A stretch of 64,000 nt of DNA, from the NCBI GenBank assembly GCA_054600435.1, contig BAAIJX010000002.1:310001-374000 (forward strand). Reading direction: 5' to 3'. Position 1 is the first letter of the stretch, and every line of letters starts with the position of its first letter. A program made the translations under genes and the position numbers. Source of the DNA: Neophaeotheca triangularis (taxonomy: Eukaryota). Of this stretch, positions 25,870-38,199 are shown piece by piece. The notes beneath the pieces are model-generated. The model made no database searches and was not told the origin of the DNA. It was given only the letters and a program-made list of their open reading frames with translations.

Positions 25870-26908
25870 AGAGTCTAGTAGGTAGTAGATATAGTAGTAG
25901 TAGTACTATAGTAATGAAAACATCTATACTCCTATCCGAGTCGGAGTAGCTTATATTAGCATGTTTCTATAATAAGGCAATCGAGGCTTTTAGGGTAGGG
26001 CTACTAGCTATAATCTAAGGCATACTTTTACCTAGCTTGAAAGTGTAGATAGTCTCGCTAGTTATGTAGTACTCGGTAGTAAAGGCCTTAAAGTTAATGT
26101 AGTTATTAGCGCTAAGTAAGTCCTTATAGAGTACATCTTGATAATTTAAGGTAATAGAATCCCTACTATTAGAAACAATAGTAACGAAAACGGAGATGTC
26201 GTTAAGGGGTAGCTTAGTAGGAGCTAGCGTTTAGTCGATATCTATAGGCTCTACCCCCTACCCTATAGAAATGCCTTCAAACTATCTATATAAATTCGAA
26301 ACTACCGAAACCTAAGAAGTATTAGACCTACTACATAGGCGGGACGGCATGTTACTACTACTAGAGGTAATACTCGTGTTTCTTGACCTCTATATGTCTT
26401 CCTTTTTCGCCTCTATGTTATCCCTATACCTTATATAAGCCTATGAATATGCTATTAAAGCCTATCTAATAGTAGTATAGTTAAAACCTGCTTCGTACCT
26501 TTCTTCGTCTAGACTAGGTAGAGAGTAGTAGTGTCTCTCTATATCCTTATACTACTAAGTAGGCGCTTTAGTACTATTCCTTACCTAGATAGGCTTAAGT
26601 GAAGAAGCGATTATAGAGGTATATAGTTTATTCTCGATATAACGCCTTATCTTATAACCCTTAGTATCTATATAGGGAAGTCGTATACTACAGCTTTAGA
26701 ATTATTTAGCTATAGTATTACTAATGTAATTATATATCTAATTTACGTGATTTTAGTCCTAACCCTAAACTGCCTTCACGAAGGTACTAACATTATTAGG
26801 AAGAGAACCTAAGTAGGATATGACTTAGCCTTAGGTCTACTTAGATAAGGTCGATCCTATATAGGTATGTTTTTGCCTAGTAGGTAGAGTAAGAGGTTAT
26901 GACGTCAT
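25870..26908 (-). pseudogene. RIP-mutated hypothetical gene
   Basis: Single frame of ~345 codons from ATG ~26908 interrupted only by TAA/TAG. Confidence 0.5.
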
Positions 26909-27248
26909 CTTTCCTAGAAAGACATTACTATAAGGTAGGTTTCCTAGTGAAGAAAGAAGGTTGTAGTATATAGCTAAAGTAGGCATGTGAAACTAATAGA
27001 TAGTGGTAGGAGTAGTGTTAGTAGTAGTGTAATGAAGAAGGTGTATTTAGTAGAGGTAGTAGGTTATAAAAGAAGCGTGTATTGTTTATAGGTGTTATTT
27101 ATAGTATAGAATATGAATATACGGCTATAAGGGGTAACATAGTATGTGCTAACTAACTTAGTAAAGTACTAAGCTAGTAGGAATAGAAGGCGTAGTAATA
27201 AAGAGTATAAAGGGCGATGACACTAAACCGGTAAACAATCTAGTAACC

Positions 27249-27427
27249 GAACTAGGAACCGATTTAGGGACTAATTTAGGATCCGATTTAGATGTACGGT
27301 ATAGGTAAGTGAAACCTTCGAGAGTAGTAGATATAACAAACTAGGAACTAATTCAGGTACTAATTCAGGATCCGATTCAGATGTAGAGTATAGATAAGTA
27401 AATCCTTCGAGAGTAGTAGATATAATA
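27249..27427. repeat. 89-bp tandem duplication containing 12-bp motif units
   Basis: ACTAGGAAC...CCTTCGAGAGTAGTAGATATAA starting at 27251 and 27340. Confidence 0.8.
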
Positions 27428-27471
27428 AGAGAGGGTAATTAGACAGGTAACTAGTAACTTACATCCTACTA

Positions 27472-27960
27472 TTCCTTCGACTACTACTAGACCCTACCTT
27501 AGCCATAAATGCCTTAAGATAGTAGTAGCTACTACTAGTACTACTACCCCTTCGACTACTACTAGGCCCTACCCCTACTATACTACTACTAAGGAACGCG
27601 ATGATCTCGTAAAGGTGTTAGAGGCTAAGCCTACTAAGCTTATTACTTTAATGTAGTAGTAACTACTACTAGTACTACTACCCCTTCGACTACTACTAGG
27701 CCCTACCCCTACTATACTACTACTAAGGAACGCGATGATCTCGTAAAGGGGTTAGAGGCTAAGCCTATCGAGCTTATCGCCTTAATGTAGTAGTAGCTAC
27801 TACTAGTACTACTACCCCTTCGACTACTACTAGGCCCTACCCCTACTATATTACTACTAAGGAACGCGATGATCTCGTAAAGGGGTTAGAGGCTAAGCCT
27901 ACTAAGCTTGTCGTCTTAATATAGTAGTAGCTACTACTAGTACTATTACCCCTTTAACTA
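27472..27960. repeat. 134-bp tandem repeat, ~3.5 copies
   Basis: CCCCTTCGACTAC anchor at 27547, 27681 and 27815, with a degenerate copy at 27949 (period 134). Confidence 0.92.
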
Positions 27961-28738
27961 TCGGTAGAAACTACCTCGATCGCGAAGGCTCCCTATCTTT
28001 ATGCTTCTTGAATTCAGTTAAAGATAGCGTTAGTCGTATCTAGTATCTACTTGTCTCCTTCTCTTATCTAGGTAAGGTTAGCGAGTATAAGGATAGGTAC
28101 CTATAATATTTCGAATAATCATTAGTAAAGTCGGCATTAATAAAGGTAGTGAATACTATACCTCTCAAATGACCGGATTAGTTAATATATTCCCTAGTTC
28201 GGATACCGGTTTAGGAACCGATTTAGTGACTAGTTTAGTGACCACTATATCTTAAATCTAGTAGGTATCCGGGCAGTGTAGAGTCGTTATTAAAAGACAG
28301 CGATAATAATCTAGAAGATAGGGTAATAGTAGTAGTACGAACTTTCATACATTCCTCGCTAGACGGTTAGACATGATAAAATGACGACAGTCGATCCCAT
28401 ATATGAACATTTTCTCGAAAATAGCTATAGTATAATGGTAGGTATTAAAGTTATGTATCATGGCATATACTAGCTAGTAATTCTATAGGAAATCCTGTCA
28501 TCTCGTCTTAGAAGAGGTAACGTTGAATTCGCGCTAAGGATTACATGCTACTAGTAATCACTAGTAAGCCTATAGGTACTAATGATATACGACTATATAT
28601 ACTAGTACTTCAGTTTTCTACCTATATAACTTACGTATATTAGACACTATACCGGTTCTCGACTACCTCTTTAAAAGAGCTCTAACTATTATACTAATAA
28701 CACTACTACCTATATCCTCTATACTAAGTAAACCTAAT

Positions 28739-29569
28739 ATGAAACCGACTCGAAAACCCTAACACTAAACATACGACAAGCTGACTCGAACTAATATAAA
28801 CATCCCTACCCTATTACTAGTATTAGGCTCAATAAATGACATTTAGAGAGGCTTAGATCTTACTAAAACAGTATATAAGGGGTTTTATACGAGGCTAGAA
28901 GACACTATAACATAGTAAGGTTAGATTGGCTATACTTTTCGCTCTATCATATAGAGGTAGACGATAAGGGTAGAGTTAATAGCATTAGTTTTAAACATAT
29001 AGGCGATAGTAGCCTAGTTTCTATAACTAGTAGCTAGGCTTTATATAAGCGAAGGCAAGATAGCATTCTATAAACTTATGTATAGAATATACTCTAACTA
29101 CTAGTAGCGAGTTCGACATTAGGGTAGTAACTAATAGGATTCGAAAATGGTAAAGGCTATAATGACTAGTAATAGTTCTAATACTACTAGGGTCGGAACT
29201 CTAGCGACATAATTACCTATAAGAGATATACTATAGCTAAGCCCTATAGTTAACGAGTTCCTATAGCGAATAATTACCCTTATACGTAAGGATAGGGAAT
29301 ATAAGGCACTTTGTAGACTTTATGAGATAATAGACGATAGGCCTATACCTAGTACAGTATAGGATGTCGACAACCTCGATTTCGAATGCTTCTTAACGAT
29401 CCTTTAAGACGACTATAACTTCGATAGGAATACGGATATATTAGTTTAGTAGGACGAAGTTTTAAAAGACCCGTTAAAGGTATCTACTATTGACAACTAC
29501 CGCTAATAGAGGGCCGTAATAGCATATATACTATATAATACATTACCTATAATGTTTAGCATTAGATAA
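28739..29569 (+). pseudogene. RIP-mutated hypothetical gene (~276 codons)
   Basis: Continuous frame from ATG 28739 with only TAA/TAG stops. C-terminal segment DVDNLDFECFLTIL[Q]DD.NFD...ID..R[Q][W]RAV. Confidence 0.55.
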
Positions 29570-30083
29570 TAATAGCTATGATTTTTAAGAGGTATCCGAG
29601 CTATACTATAGAACCGAAGTTGCTTCGAACCTATACCCTCTATATAACTCTAGAACGACACTAGATACCATACTGAATCGAGCCCTACTATAGCGATAAA
29701 CGCCCGGGCTATAACGATTCTATATAAACCGTGTCCTAGTTCGGTTCCTAGTTCGGTTCCTAGTTCGGTTCCTAGTTAAGGGGGGGGGAGGGGGGTCTTA
29801 TTACTACTACTATATACGCTTTAGTGTAAGCCGATATACTGTATAGATAGGTGTCTAGGTAGTATATTCGAGGGAAGTCTAGGGACATTTGTAACTACTA
29901 TCGTAAAACTAATACTAGTTATATCCGTTCTAGTAGTAATAGAAGGATTAGTAATAATAGTGACGACTATAAGACTAAGACTATAACACCTAGTACTTCA
30001 CGGCGCGACGAGGTTAATACATAATAGGGGTCATAATAGTAATAGTCCTTTTATATAGAAACTATTTAAAGGTAGATAGGAGG

Positions 30084-30501
30084 TGTTACGATCCTATAAG
30101 GTAGTCTTATGGGTAGAGCTCGTAGTAGAAGAGGAGAGATATCGTAGAAGGCTAGTAAGGGTGTTCCTTTGTTATAAGGATTTCAAAGATACGTGAAGTG
30201 TCGCTATAGACCTTTTAGTAAGATTATAACATGAGTTAAACATAAATCTCTACCTAGGAAATATCGCTAGCTATATACATAGGAGATTCGTACTAGATCA
30301 GTTCTTGACTAATCTATCGTGCTCAGGATTAGACTAATCCTAAGTGTCCTAGCTTAGACTCAGTCTAAGTCTAAGCGAGTATGCTTAGTTAAAGTCTAAG
30401 CGAATGTCTTAGCTAGTTCTAAGATCACATGTCTAGTAAGCTTTAGGGTTAGACCCTAGCTTAGACTAGGGATTCTAGCTCTACTTAGCTTAGCCATAAC
30501 A
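30084..30501 (-). repeat. 3' LTR
   Basis: Direct repeat of 36806-37223, adjacent to the polypurine tract. Confidence 0.95.
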
Positions 30502-30585
30502 CTATCCCCCTTTCAGTCTAGCTTCGTCCTCGAAGCCTAATAAAGTTCTGTTATTCCCTACATCGTTTTATCATCAAGTTTCGCG

Positions 30586-31185
30586 ATGTCTTCTACCCTA
30601 TCCTATAAATAGTAACGTCTCAATCTTTTAGCCGAAATCAAGAAGTCTAGAACAACTAACATAGTACCCTATTCAGCCTACTAATCTACGAGGAAATCGC
30701 CTTCGGCCGAACTAGTACGATGTGTAATTAGTGCTCGATCTAGTCGGTGTTCGGAATGTATACATAAAGGGTATACTAAGTGCGATATAAAGCTTAGTCG
30801 TCCTAAGTAGGAAAAATGGAGAGATTCACATAACAAACTATAACGGCAGTTAGAGGAGTATAAGGAGGAGGAGCTCGAGCTTTTGTAAAAACTATATAAG
30901 CGTTATTCAAAAAAGTTGTAGTTATAGAAACAGCTTCATTATGCTAAGGGTTATATAGAAACCGTAGTATCTAGAGAGTTAGAGGATTTAGAGTAAGTAG
31001 ATCGGTTAGAGGAAGATCTCTTAGGTCCGGTTAACACTAGGGTTAAGGTTATGTAGCGTCTAGGCTTTATTAGCATTCTAGAGATGTCGACATAGGACTA
31101 AAGTACTATCGACGGCTTGGATCTTCCTTCTAAGTTTTAGGATTTCGGTCCTAATAATATTGTTATAAGGCCTTCCGGTAGTTAA
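30586..31185 (+). pseudogene. Antisense accessory ORF of the retrotransposon: Zn2Cys6-like cluster plus coiled coil
   Basis: 200-codon frame: P[C]SA[C]...RCVI...S.RCSEC..KG.TKCD, followed by a Glu/Lys/Leu-rich helical stretch. Confidence 0.7.
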
Positions 31186-31189
31186 GTAG

Positions 31190-34100
31190 GTTATCCTTAG
31201 GTTCCTAAGTGTTTTCGCTTATATAGTAACCTTTCTATTTTACGAGGTAGTTCTAACCGTCCTTATCTAGAATCTTTTCGACCTCATACTCGGCTTCTTC
31301 CTCTAGTAGATTATAGTGAAAGGTGTCTTAGATTAGTGTTTCGGGGTCTACTAGTTCGAGTAAGGATATATAGAAGACTAGGTAGATTCTGGCATCTTTT
31401 AGGAGTTAGAGGAGGTAGTTGACTTTTCCTCTTTATTCTTTAACTAGAAACGGTCTAACTTTGATATCGTCTAGTTTTCGTGTTCGTCTCCTTATCTTTA
31501 GGTTTTTCGTGAGTAGGTATACCTTATCCCCCTTCTTAAGCTAAGGCGCCGTTTTGGAGTCCTTATGTCTTTATGACTCGAGTCGCTACTATAACTATGT
31601 GATTTTTTCTTTCGCCTATTTGTATGCTTCCTATAGCTACGAAGACGTTTGTAGGGCCTTTTCTATAAGTAGTCCTAGTTTTAGTTCTATAAACATATTT
31701 AGATCTTTTCCGAAATTTGTATAGAACGGAGTTATGCCTATCGTTTCTAAGGTATTGTTATTAAGTGCGAGTTGTGCTATAAGTAAGAGTACTACCTAAT
31801 TGTCCTAAGCGTAATTAACGTAATATCGTAAGTACGTTTCGAGGGATTAGTTTGAGCATTCTATTTGTCTATCGGTTTCTAGGTGAAATGCTGTTAATAG
31901 CTTGTGTTTCACTCCGATTGCTGAAATCAAGGTCTTCTAGTAGTTAGATGTAAAGAGCTTATCTCTATCCGTAATTAGAACTGTAGGAATACCGTAGTAT
32001 CGTACTAATCTGTCGAGAATAAGGTATCTAAGTTCTTCTATAGTAATTATCTCATTATAGGGAACGAAATGTGAATACTTTGTGAGTCTGTCGACCATAA
32101 CTAGAATTGAATTATAGTCCTTACTTGTTAATAGGTCCTTAGATCTTAGTAACTTAACGATAAAATCTATTATGACCTCGTTCTATAGTAGATCCGGTAG
32201 CTCCTAGAATTGTAGGTTTCCATATTTAGCATATCTCGAAGCTTTATTTTGTTAGCAGCTCGTACACTTCTTGACGTACTCTAAGACCTTCTATCTCATT
32301 CCGGGGAACACGAAGTTACGTCTAATGTGTTCTACTATTCTAGCGATTCCTAGATGTCCGTTAGTAGGTCTATTGTAGTGGTCCTAGATGTACTAGCGTT
32401 CCTTTTCATTTAGAACCCTAAACTTCCTATGTTCGATAGGGAATTCCTTAGTGTCATCCTATAGTACTCGTAGTACTAAGTTAAATTCCTAAGGGTTAGC
32501 ACTTAGGCTTCCGTCCTTATTAACTTTTAGTATACGGTGTTACTATAGAAGGTGTCCTTCTATATAGTCGCTTCTTCTACTTAGCGCGTCGGCACGCCTA
32601 TTGTCTTTTCTAGGAGTGTAGACTATATCGAACTTATATTGTCCGAGTAGCTCTAACTATCTACATTGTTAGCATGATAGTTCCTTAGTAGTTGTGAAAT
32701 ATTGTAGGTTCTTATAATCCGAATAAATAGTTAGTCCGGTTACTCCTTCACAGTACACTCTCTAGTATCGCAATGCTATAACAATTACGAGCAGTTCTTT
32801 ATCGTAGATCTCGTAGTTCTATTCTACTAGTGACATCTTCCTTAAGAAGTAAGCAATAGGGTGTCGTTTGCTTTTAACCTCCTATATAAGGTAAGCTCCT
32901 ATTACTCTATTAGATGCATCGGTTTCGATTTAGATAGGTCTCTTAGGGTTAAACATCCTAAGTATAGGGGTAGTCGTGTATAACTCCTTAAGCTTATCGA
33001 AGGATTGTTGTTAAATTTTTCCCTATACGAATGGTGTGTCCTTCTTTATAAGGTTAGTTAGAGGTATAGCGAGCCTTGAATAATCCTACATAAATTTCCG
33101 ATTGTAGTTAGCTAATCCGAGGAATACTTAAATGTCCTTAACTAACTTAGGTGTCAGCTATTCCTCGATCGATTAAGTTTTCTTTAGGTTTATTTAGATC
33201 CTAGTAGTACTAATCATAAAACCTAGAAAGTCGACTTCCTTCTTATAGAACTCGCATTTCTCTAGTACTATTCTAAAGTCTACTTTGTCGAGTCGTTCGA
33301 ATACTGCGTATACATCCTTAGTATACTATTCTCGTGATCCTTTTATGAAGACTAGTATGTCGTCGATGTAGGCAATAATAGTGATATCAAGTAGGTCTCG
33401 TAGGATGTCATTAACGAGTTACTAATAGGTTACTAGGGCATTTGTAAGTCCTATAGGTATAACCTGGAATTCGTAAAGTCCGTAGCGTGTTCAAAAAGCT
33501 GTTTTCTACTCTTCCCCCCTTACTATTCTAACTAAATAGAATACATCTTAGAGATCGATTTTAGTAAACTAGTATGAACCGGTAAGTCGATCTCTCATCT
33601 CGTCGATGTTAGGCAGTAGATAACGGTTTTTGGTAGTAATCGCATTAAGTCGTCTAAAATCGATAACTATTCGTAATTTTCCTCCTTTCTTCAGAACGAA
33701 AAACGGTGGTGAAGCGGCTAATAAAGTAGAGGGTCGAATCCATCCTTTCTTCATTTTTTCATCTAGTTATCGTCGTTACTCTTCGAGCTCTTTTTCGGAT
33801 AGCGCGTAAAGTAGCCCCTATAGTATTTTCGCACTAGGCTGAATGTCGATTTAGTAGTCCTATAGTTAATGTCTAGGTAGAGTAGCTACTCCTTCCTCTT
33901 CCTAGAAAAGGCGCTTCTATTTTCTGAATTCTCTAGGGATATCTAAAGGTACATGACTTCCTTCCTTAACTCTTACTTATTAGTCTGTTTAGGCTAGTTC
34001 GGTACCTATAGAGTCCGATCTAATTCATATTAGTATTATGGTCGATTGGCGATATGTTTCGTTAATCTGCCTTTTCTCATCTACCGTCGATCGCTGCTAC

Positions 34101-36770
34101 CGTATAGAGTAGGTTGTAGTAACGTAACTATACCTATCGAATGTGAGTACTCGTTTTCTCTAATCCACTATAGGATTATGTCGTTCTAACTAAGGAGTGC
34201 CTAGAACGATGTCATATCTAGCTATAGGCATAACGTCTAGGACAATTCGCTCGTGATACTTTTAGAAGACAAGTAGTAGCGGTACTGTTTCGCTATCCAT
34301 ATCGGGTAGTAATAAGCCGTCTATAGCTATTAGTTCGTACCCGCTATCTGTTTTCTTCTAGGTAGCTAGCCTATGCTAACATACGAACGTTTCTAAGATA
34401 AAGTTTCCGCTAGCTCTAGAATCTATTATAGTAAAGGTTTCGTATCTATCGATAGTACATATTTTTCGGAAGACCGTCCCTAATACTATTTCGTGTTGAG
34501 TATTTATATTGTTTAGTTCCTAACGCTCGCTCTTAGCGACAGGTCCTATTCGTTTTTTGAGAAGTAGGTAGATAAATCCGCTGTTTCGAGAGAGACTTCC
34601 TAGTAAAGGGGTCTATCCTAAGGTCTAATCGTGACTTTTCCTTAGATTGCATATATAGTAATAAGTCCTCATATAGTTGCTTTAATATGTCCGAGAATCA
34701 TCTTTCGGTCGACTAGTAGTAGAAATTTTTCATGTAGTACTATCGTCTATTAGTCCAAGGAATCCTGTACTTATTTCTTCATTTCTTGAAGCGTGATTTC
34801 TTCTTCTTTCTACTACTCCTAGATAAGCTAGAATTCTCTATAACGATTCTTGACTGTCTTAACTCGTTGTCTTATTATGTATAGGATTCGTATCCTATCT
34901 AGTATAATGTAGCCGTTTTCTCTATAGAAAGTGCTTCCTATTAGTAGCCTATCCTAGATAAAGGTAGTAGCGTTATACTCGACAGCGACCTTTTAGTAGT
35001 CCTAGAACATTACTCGTAATCGTATAAGTATAGCTTCGAATTAATTAGGTTCTAAGCGTCATTTGCCTTAGATTACTAGGAACACTTCTTTATATAACCG
35101 TATAATGTAGATAACCATTTCCTTGATTAGGCCTAGTCCGTACACAATAAACTCTACTATGTCGTTATCATCTAGTTCGTTATCGTTAGTATAGTCATAT
35201 TCAGAGTCGTCTTCGGAGTCTATTACTGTCGTGTCTTCTTATGATTCTAGAATTTCTAGAGGCATCGATAGTCTTAAGGGGCTAATCTCTAGTATTAGTA
35301 TAATCGTAGTAAGTTCTAGTATCTAAGATATTTCTTCGTTATCTAAGTCAGGTGTTAGTAGTGCTATTATTAGTAATAGTGCTTGGTTTTCTTATAGTTT
35401 GTCGTCCTCCTATATAAATAGAGGTAGGGACCTTCCTTAGGCTACGTTGCTATCGTCCCTTAACTACTATAGTGGTTAGCGTCTTAACATTATGTTAAGT
35501 TCCTTCTAAGGCTTACGTAGTTACTTAGATTCTTCGTCTATTGTGGCCTTAATCCTGTCATTAAGATCTGCTATCTGATTAGCTACTTAGATCATGAGGT
35601 TGAAGTATTCTTTAGTCTACTCCTTATAACTAACTAAGTTATCATGAAACTCCCTAAGCTTCTAGTATTACTCGATTAGCGCGTCCGTTCCGGACTTTAG
35701 GGTAACTCATTTAATAACGTTTACTTCCTTCTAAGGTCTAATAGGTATTCTATTAGTTACTAGTCCCTAACTTTTGTGCACTAAATAGTAATCCCTCTTA
35801 TAAAACCTCTAGTAAAGTTCGTCGTAGTCTAGTTCTTCGTAGGTTCTAGTAATGTCGTAAGCTCCGCGGCTCTTATCGATAGGAGAGTCGTTATCCTATT
35901 AGGTCAAAATCGTATTGACCTCCTGTCGTGGGCGTATCTATTTCCCGTAGTAGTCTCATATATAGTACCCTATCTTATAGTAGTTATAGCATTCCGGTCC
36001 GTTCCATTTCTTGCCTAGGGCGTTCTGTTTACCCTATCCTCTATCCCTACCCTTCCTAGGACGCTATTACGTAGAGTCGAGTTCTATCGTATTAGGATCG
36101 CGATGTTACTAACCGATAGGCTAGCTACCGGTAGTATAGCTAGTTCGTCCGCGAAATTGTCTAGTGTAGCGTTTTTCCATAAACCGTTCATAGAGTATGT
36201 CGTCAACTTCGATCGCCGATTTAATCATTCTAGGGAGAGTTAACTAATCGCCTCCGTAGCGCATGAGTTCGTCCTTCACGTTGTCCTTAAGTCCTCGGTA
36301 GTATATAGTTATGAGAGCGTTATCATCCTAGTTAGTCTTAGCTAAGTACTCCTAAAACTTAGCAGTATACTAAGAGGTAGATGTTTTCTACGTAAGGTAC
36401 TGAACTATTTAGATAGTAACTTGTCGATTATTACTTAATCTATAGACATTACGGATAACCTTAATAAAAGACTTCTAGTTCGAGAACAGTCCTTTAGGGT
36501 TAATTCGTTCTATAAGGAAATCTATAAGCTTAGGGCGGATCTAGTGTTAAGCTTCTCCTCGAAGGAAAGAAGTAGTAGTAAGAGGTTGCTTCTACTTACT
36601 AACGCTTTCCATGAGAAAGAATATCATTATCTAGTTAACCTAGTTGTCTAGCTTATTACATTCGCTATAGAAGTAGTCTAGTTTGGTAACCTTACTAGTT
36701 ATTATAGTCGATACTCCTCGTTAAGTACTGGCGACGCTTACGTCTCGGTTATTAGATAAGGACATACTTA
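31190..36770 (-). pseudogene. gag-pol: CCHC knuckle, aspartic protease, reverse transcriptase, RNase H, integrase, chromodomain
   Basis: ECYN[C].K.G[H]...D[C] (~35970), IDS[G]ASGNFI (~34415), GWIRPS...SPPFFV.KKGGKLRIVIDFRRLN, AYIDDILV (~33360), ETDAS (~32920), YEVEKILD...YLVK.KGY..SENT.EP chromodomain (~31250). Confidence 0.93.
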
Positions 36771-36805
36771 CCTATTAATCTCTCTTTCCTAGAGGGTATT
36801 CAAAG

Positions 36806-37223
36806 TGTTATAATCCTATAAGGTAGTCTTATAGGTAGAGCTTATAGTAGAAGAGGAGAGATATCGTAGAAGGCTAGTAAGGGTGTTCCTTTATCGTAAG
36901 GATTTCAAAGATATATGAAGTGTCGCTATAGACCTTTTAGTAAGATTGTAACATGAGTTAAACACAAATCTCTACCTAGGAAATATCGCTAGCTATATAT
37001 ATAGGAGATTTATGCTAGATTAGTTCTTAACTGATCTATCGTGCTTAGGATTAGACTAATCCTAAGTGTCCTAGCTTAGACTTAGTCTAAGTCTAAGCGA
37101 GCATGCTTAGTTAAAGTCTAAGCGAACATCTTAGCTAGTTCTAAGATCACGTGTCTAGTAAGCTTCAGGGTTAGACCCTAGCTTAGACTAGGGATTCTAG
37201 CTCTACTTAGCTTAGCCGTAATA
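36806..37223 (-). repeat. 5' LTR
   Basis: Direct repeat of 30084-30501; the differences inspected are C/T or G/A transitions. Confidence 0.95.
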
Positions 37224-38199
37224 GGAGGCTTAGAGGTTAGCCTTCTCATATACTCTTCGTAGTAATTACGACATTCCCGAACTCGCTACCTATACTCTAA
37301 CTATGTCCTATAGACGCTACTATCATGACATGGACATTCTTATAGGCTAGTAGGAGTTAACGAAAGCCCGATCTAGGATATTATTACCTGAACTAGTTAC
37401 TAGTTCGGTTACCGGTTTATAGAGCTCCCTTATCTCGTTAATAAAAGCCCGATCCATAATACTCTTACCCGAACTAGTTACTAGTTCAGTCCCTAGTTCG
37501 TAAAGCTCCCTCATCTCGTCGATAAGGGAGGGTATAAGGCTAGAAACGAAACTATACCTCGAACTATATTATTAGGTAGCATTATAGCTATCTACCTATT
37601 ACACCCCTAATTATATGTATATGAAGCTAGCGGATGTCGCGATATATGTCTTCGACTTCTCTACGATATTAGTTAGCTATTATCTCTAACATCGCTAACT
37701 ACATCCTTAACCCTCGAAGTTTATGTATAGATAGTTAGTCCTTAGGTTATTCGATAATAATGAAGCTATCTAAACTAGGAAGGGTAGGGCCTATGTCGAG
37801 GGCAGGGCGAAATGTAGATCGTTCTAGTTACTCTAGACGATATAGAGGCTAGGGTAGTGGTCGTAGTAGTAGTAATCATAGTGGTAGTGATCGTAGTAGT
37901 AGTAATCGTAGTAGTAGTAGTAATAAGGGTAGAATTGAAGATCATTATAGTTATATTAGAGGCGACGAAGGGGGTAGAGACTCTATAGAGGACCTATCGT
38001 TGAAATGAACTAGTAAAGACTCTAGAACCTCCTTAGGTAAGTGTACTACCCCCTAGCGATCGCTTACTAGCGATTACTACGAATTAGGTCTAACCCTAGG
38101 TGCTTTAGACATAATAAATACTATTACTATTAGGATGTATTAAAGCTCGGGTTTCTCGGAATACTACATGTAAAGTATAGGTGTTTAATAAAGGTATAA

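Larger units (their letters stand above)
30084..37223 (-). mobile_element. Full-length Ty3/Gypsy chromovirus LTR retrotransposon, RIP-inactivated
   Basis: 418-bp LTRs at 30084-30501 (TG...CA) and 36806-37223 (TG...TA, RIPed end). Target duplication GGAGG at 30079-30083 and 37224-37228. Polypurine tract GAAAGGGGGATAG on the minus strand at 30502-30514. Confidence 0.96.
29566..38112 (-). pseudogene. RIP-mutated low-complexity gene with a His-rich tract, split by the LTR retrotransposon
   Basis: ATG 38112. TAC/CAC/GAT run at ~37853-37925 de-RIPs to HHHHHHDHHHHDHHHHD. 81-bp in-frame repeat at 37360-37525. The frame continues across the GGAGG target duplication from 37224 into 30078 and below. 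Confidence 0.5.

Noticed and set aside
27472..27960. CRISPR-like array
   Set aside because: Whole units are duplicated with no unique spacers, the context is eukaryotic and no cas genes are present.
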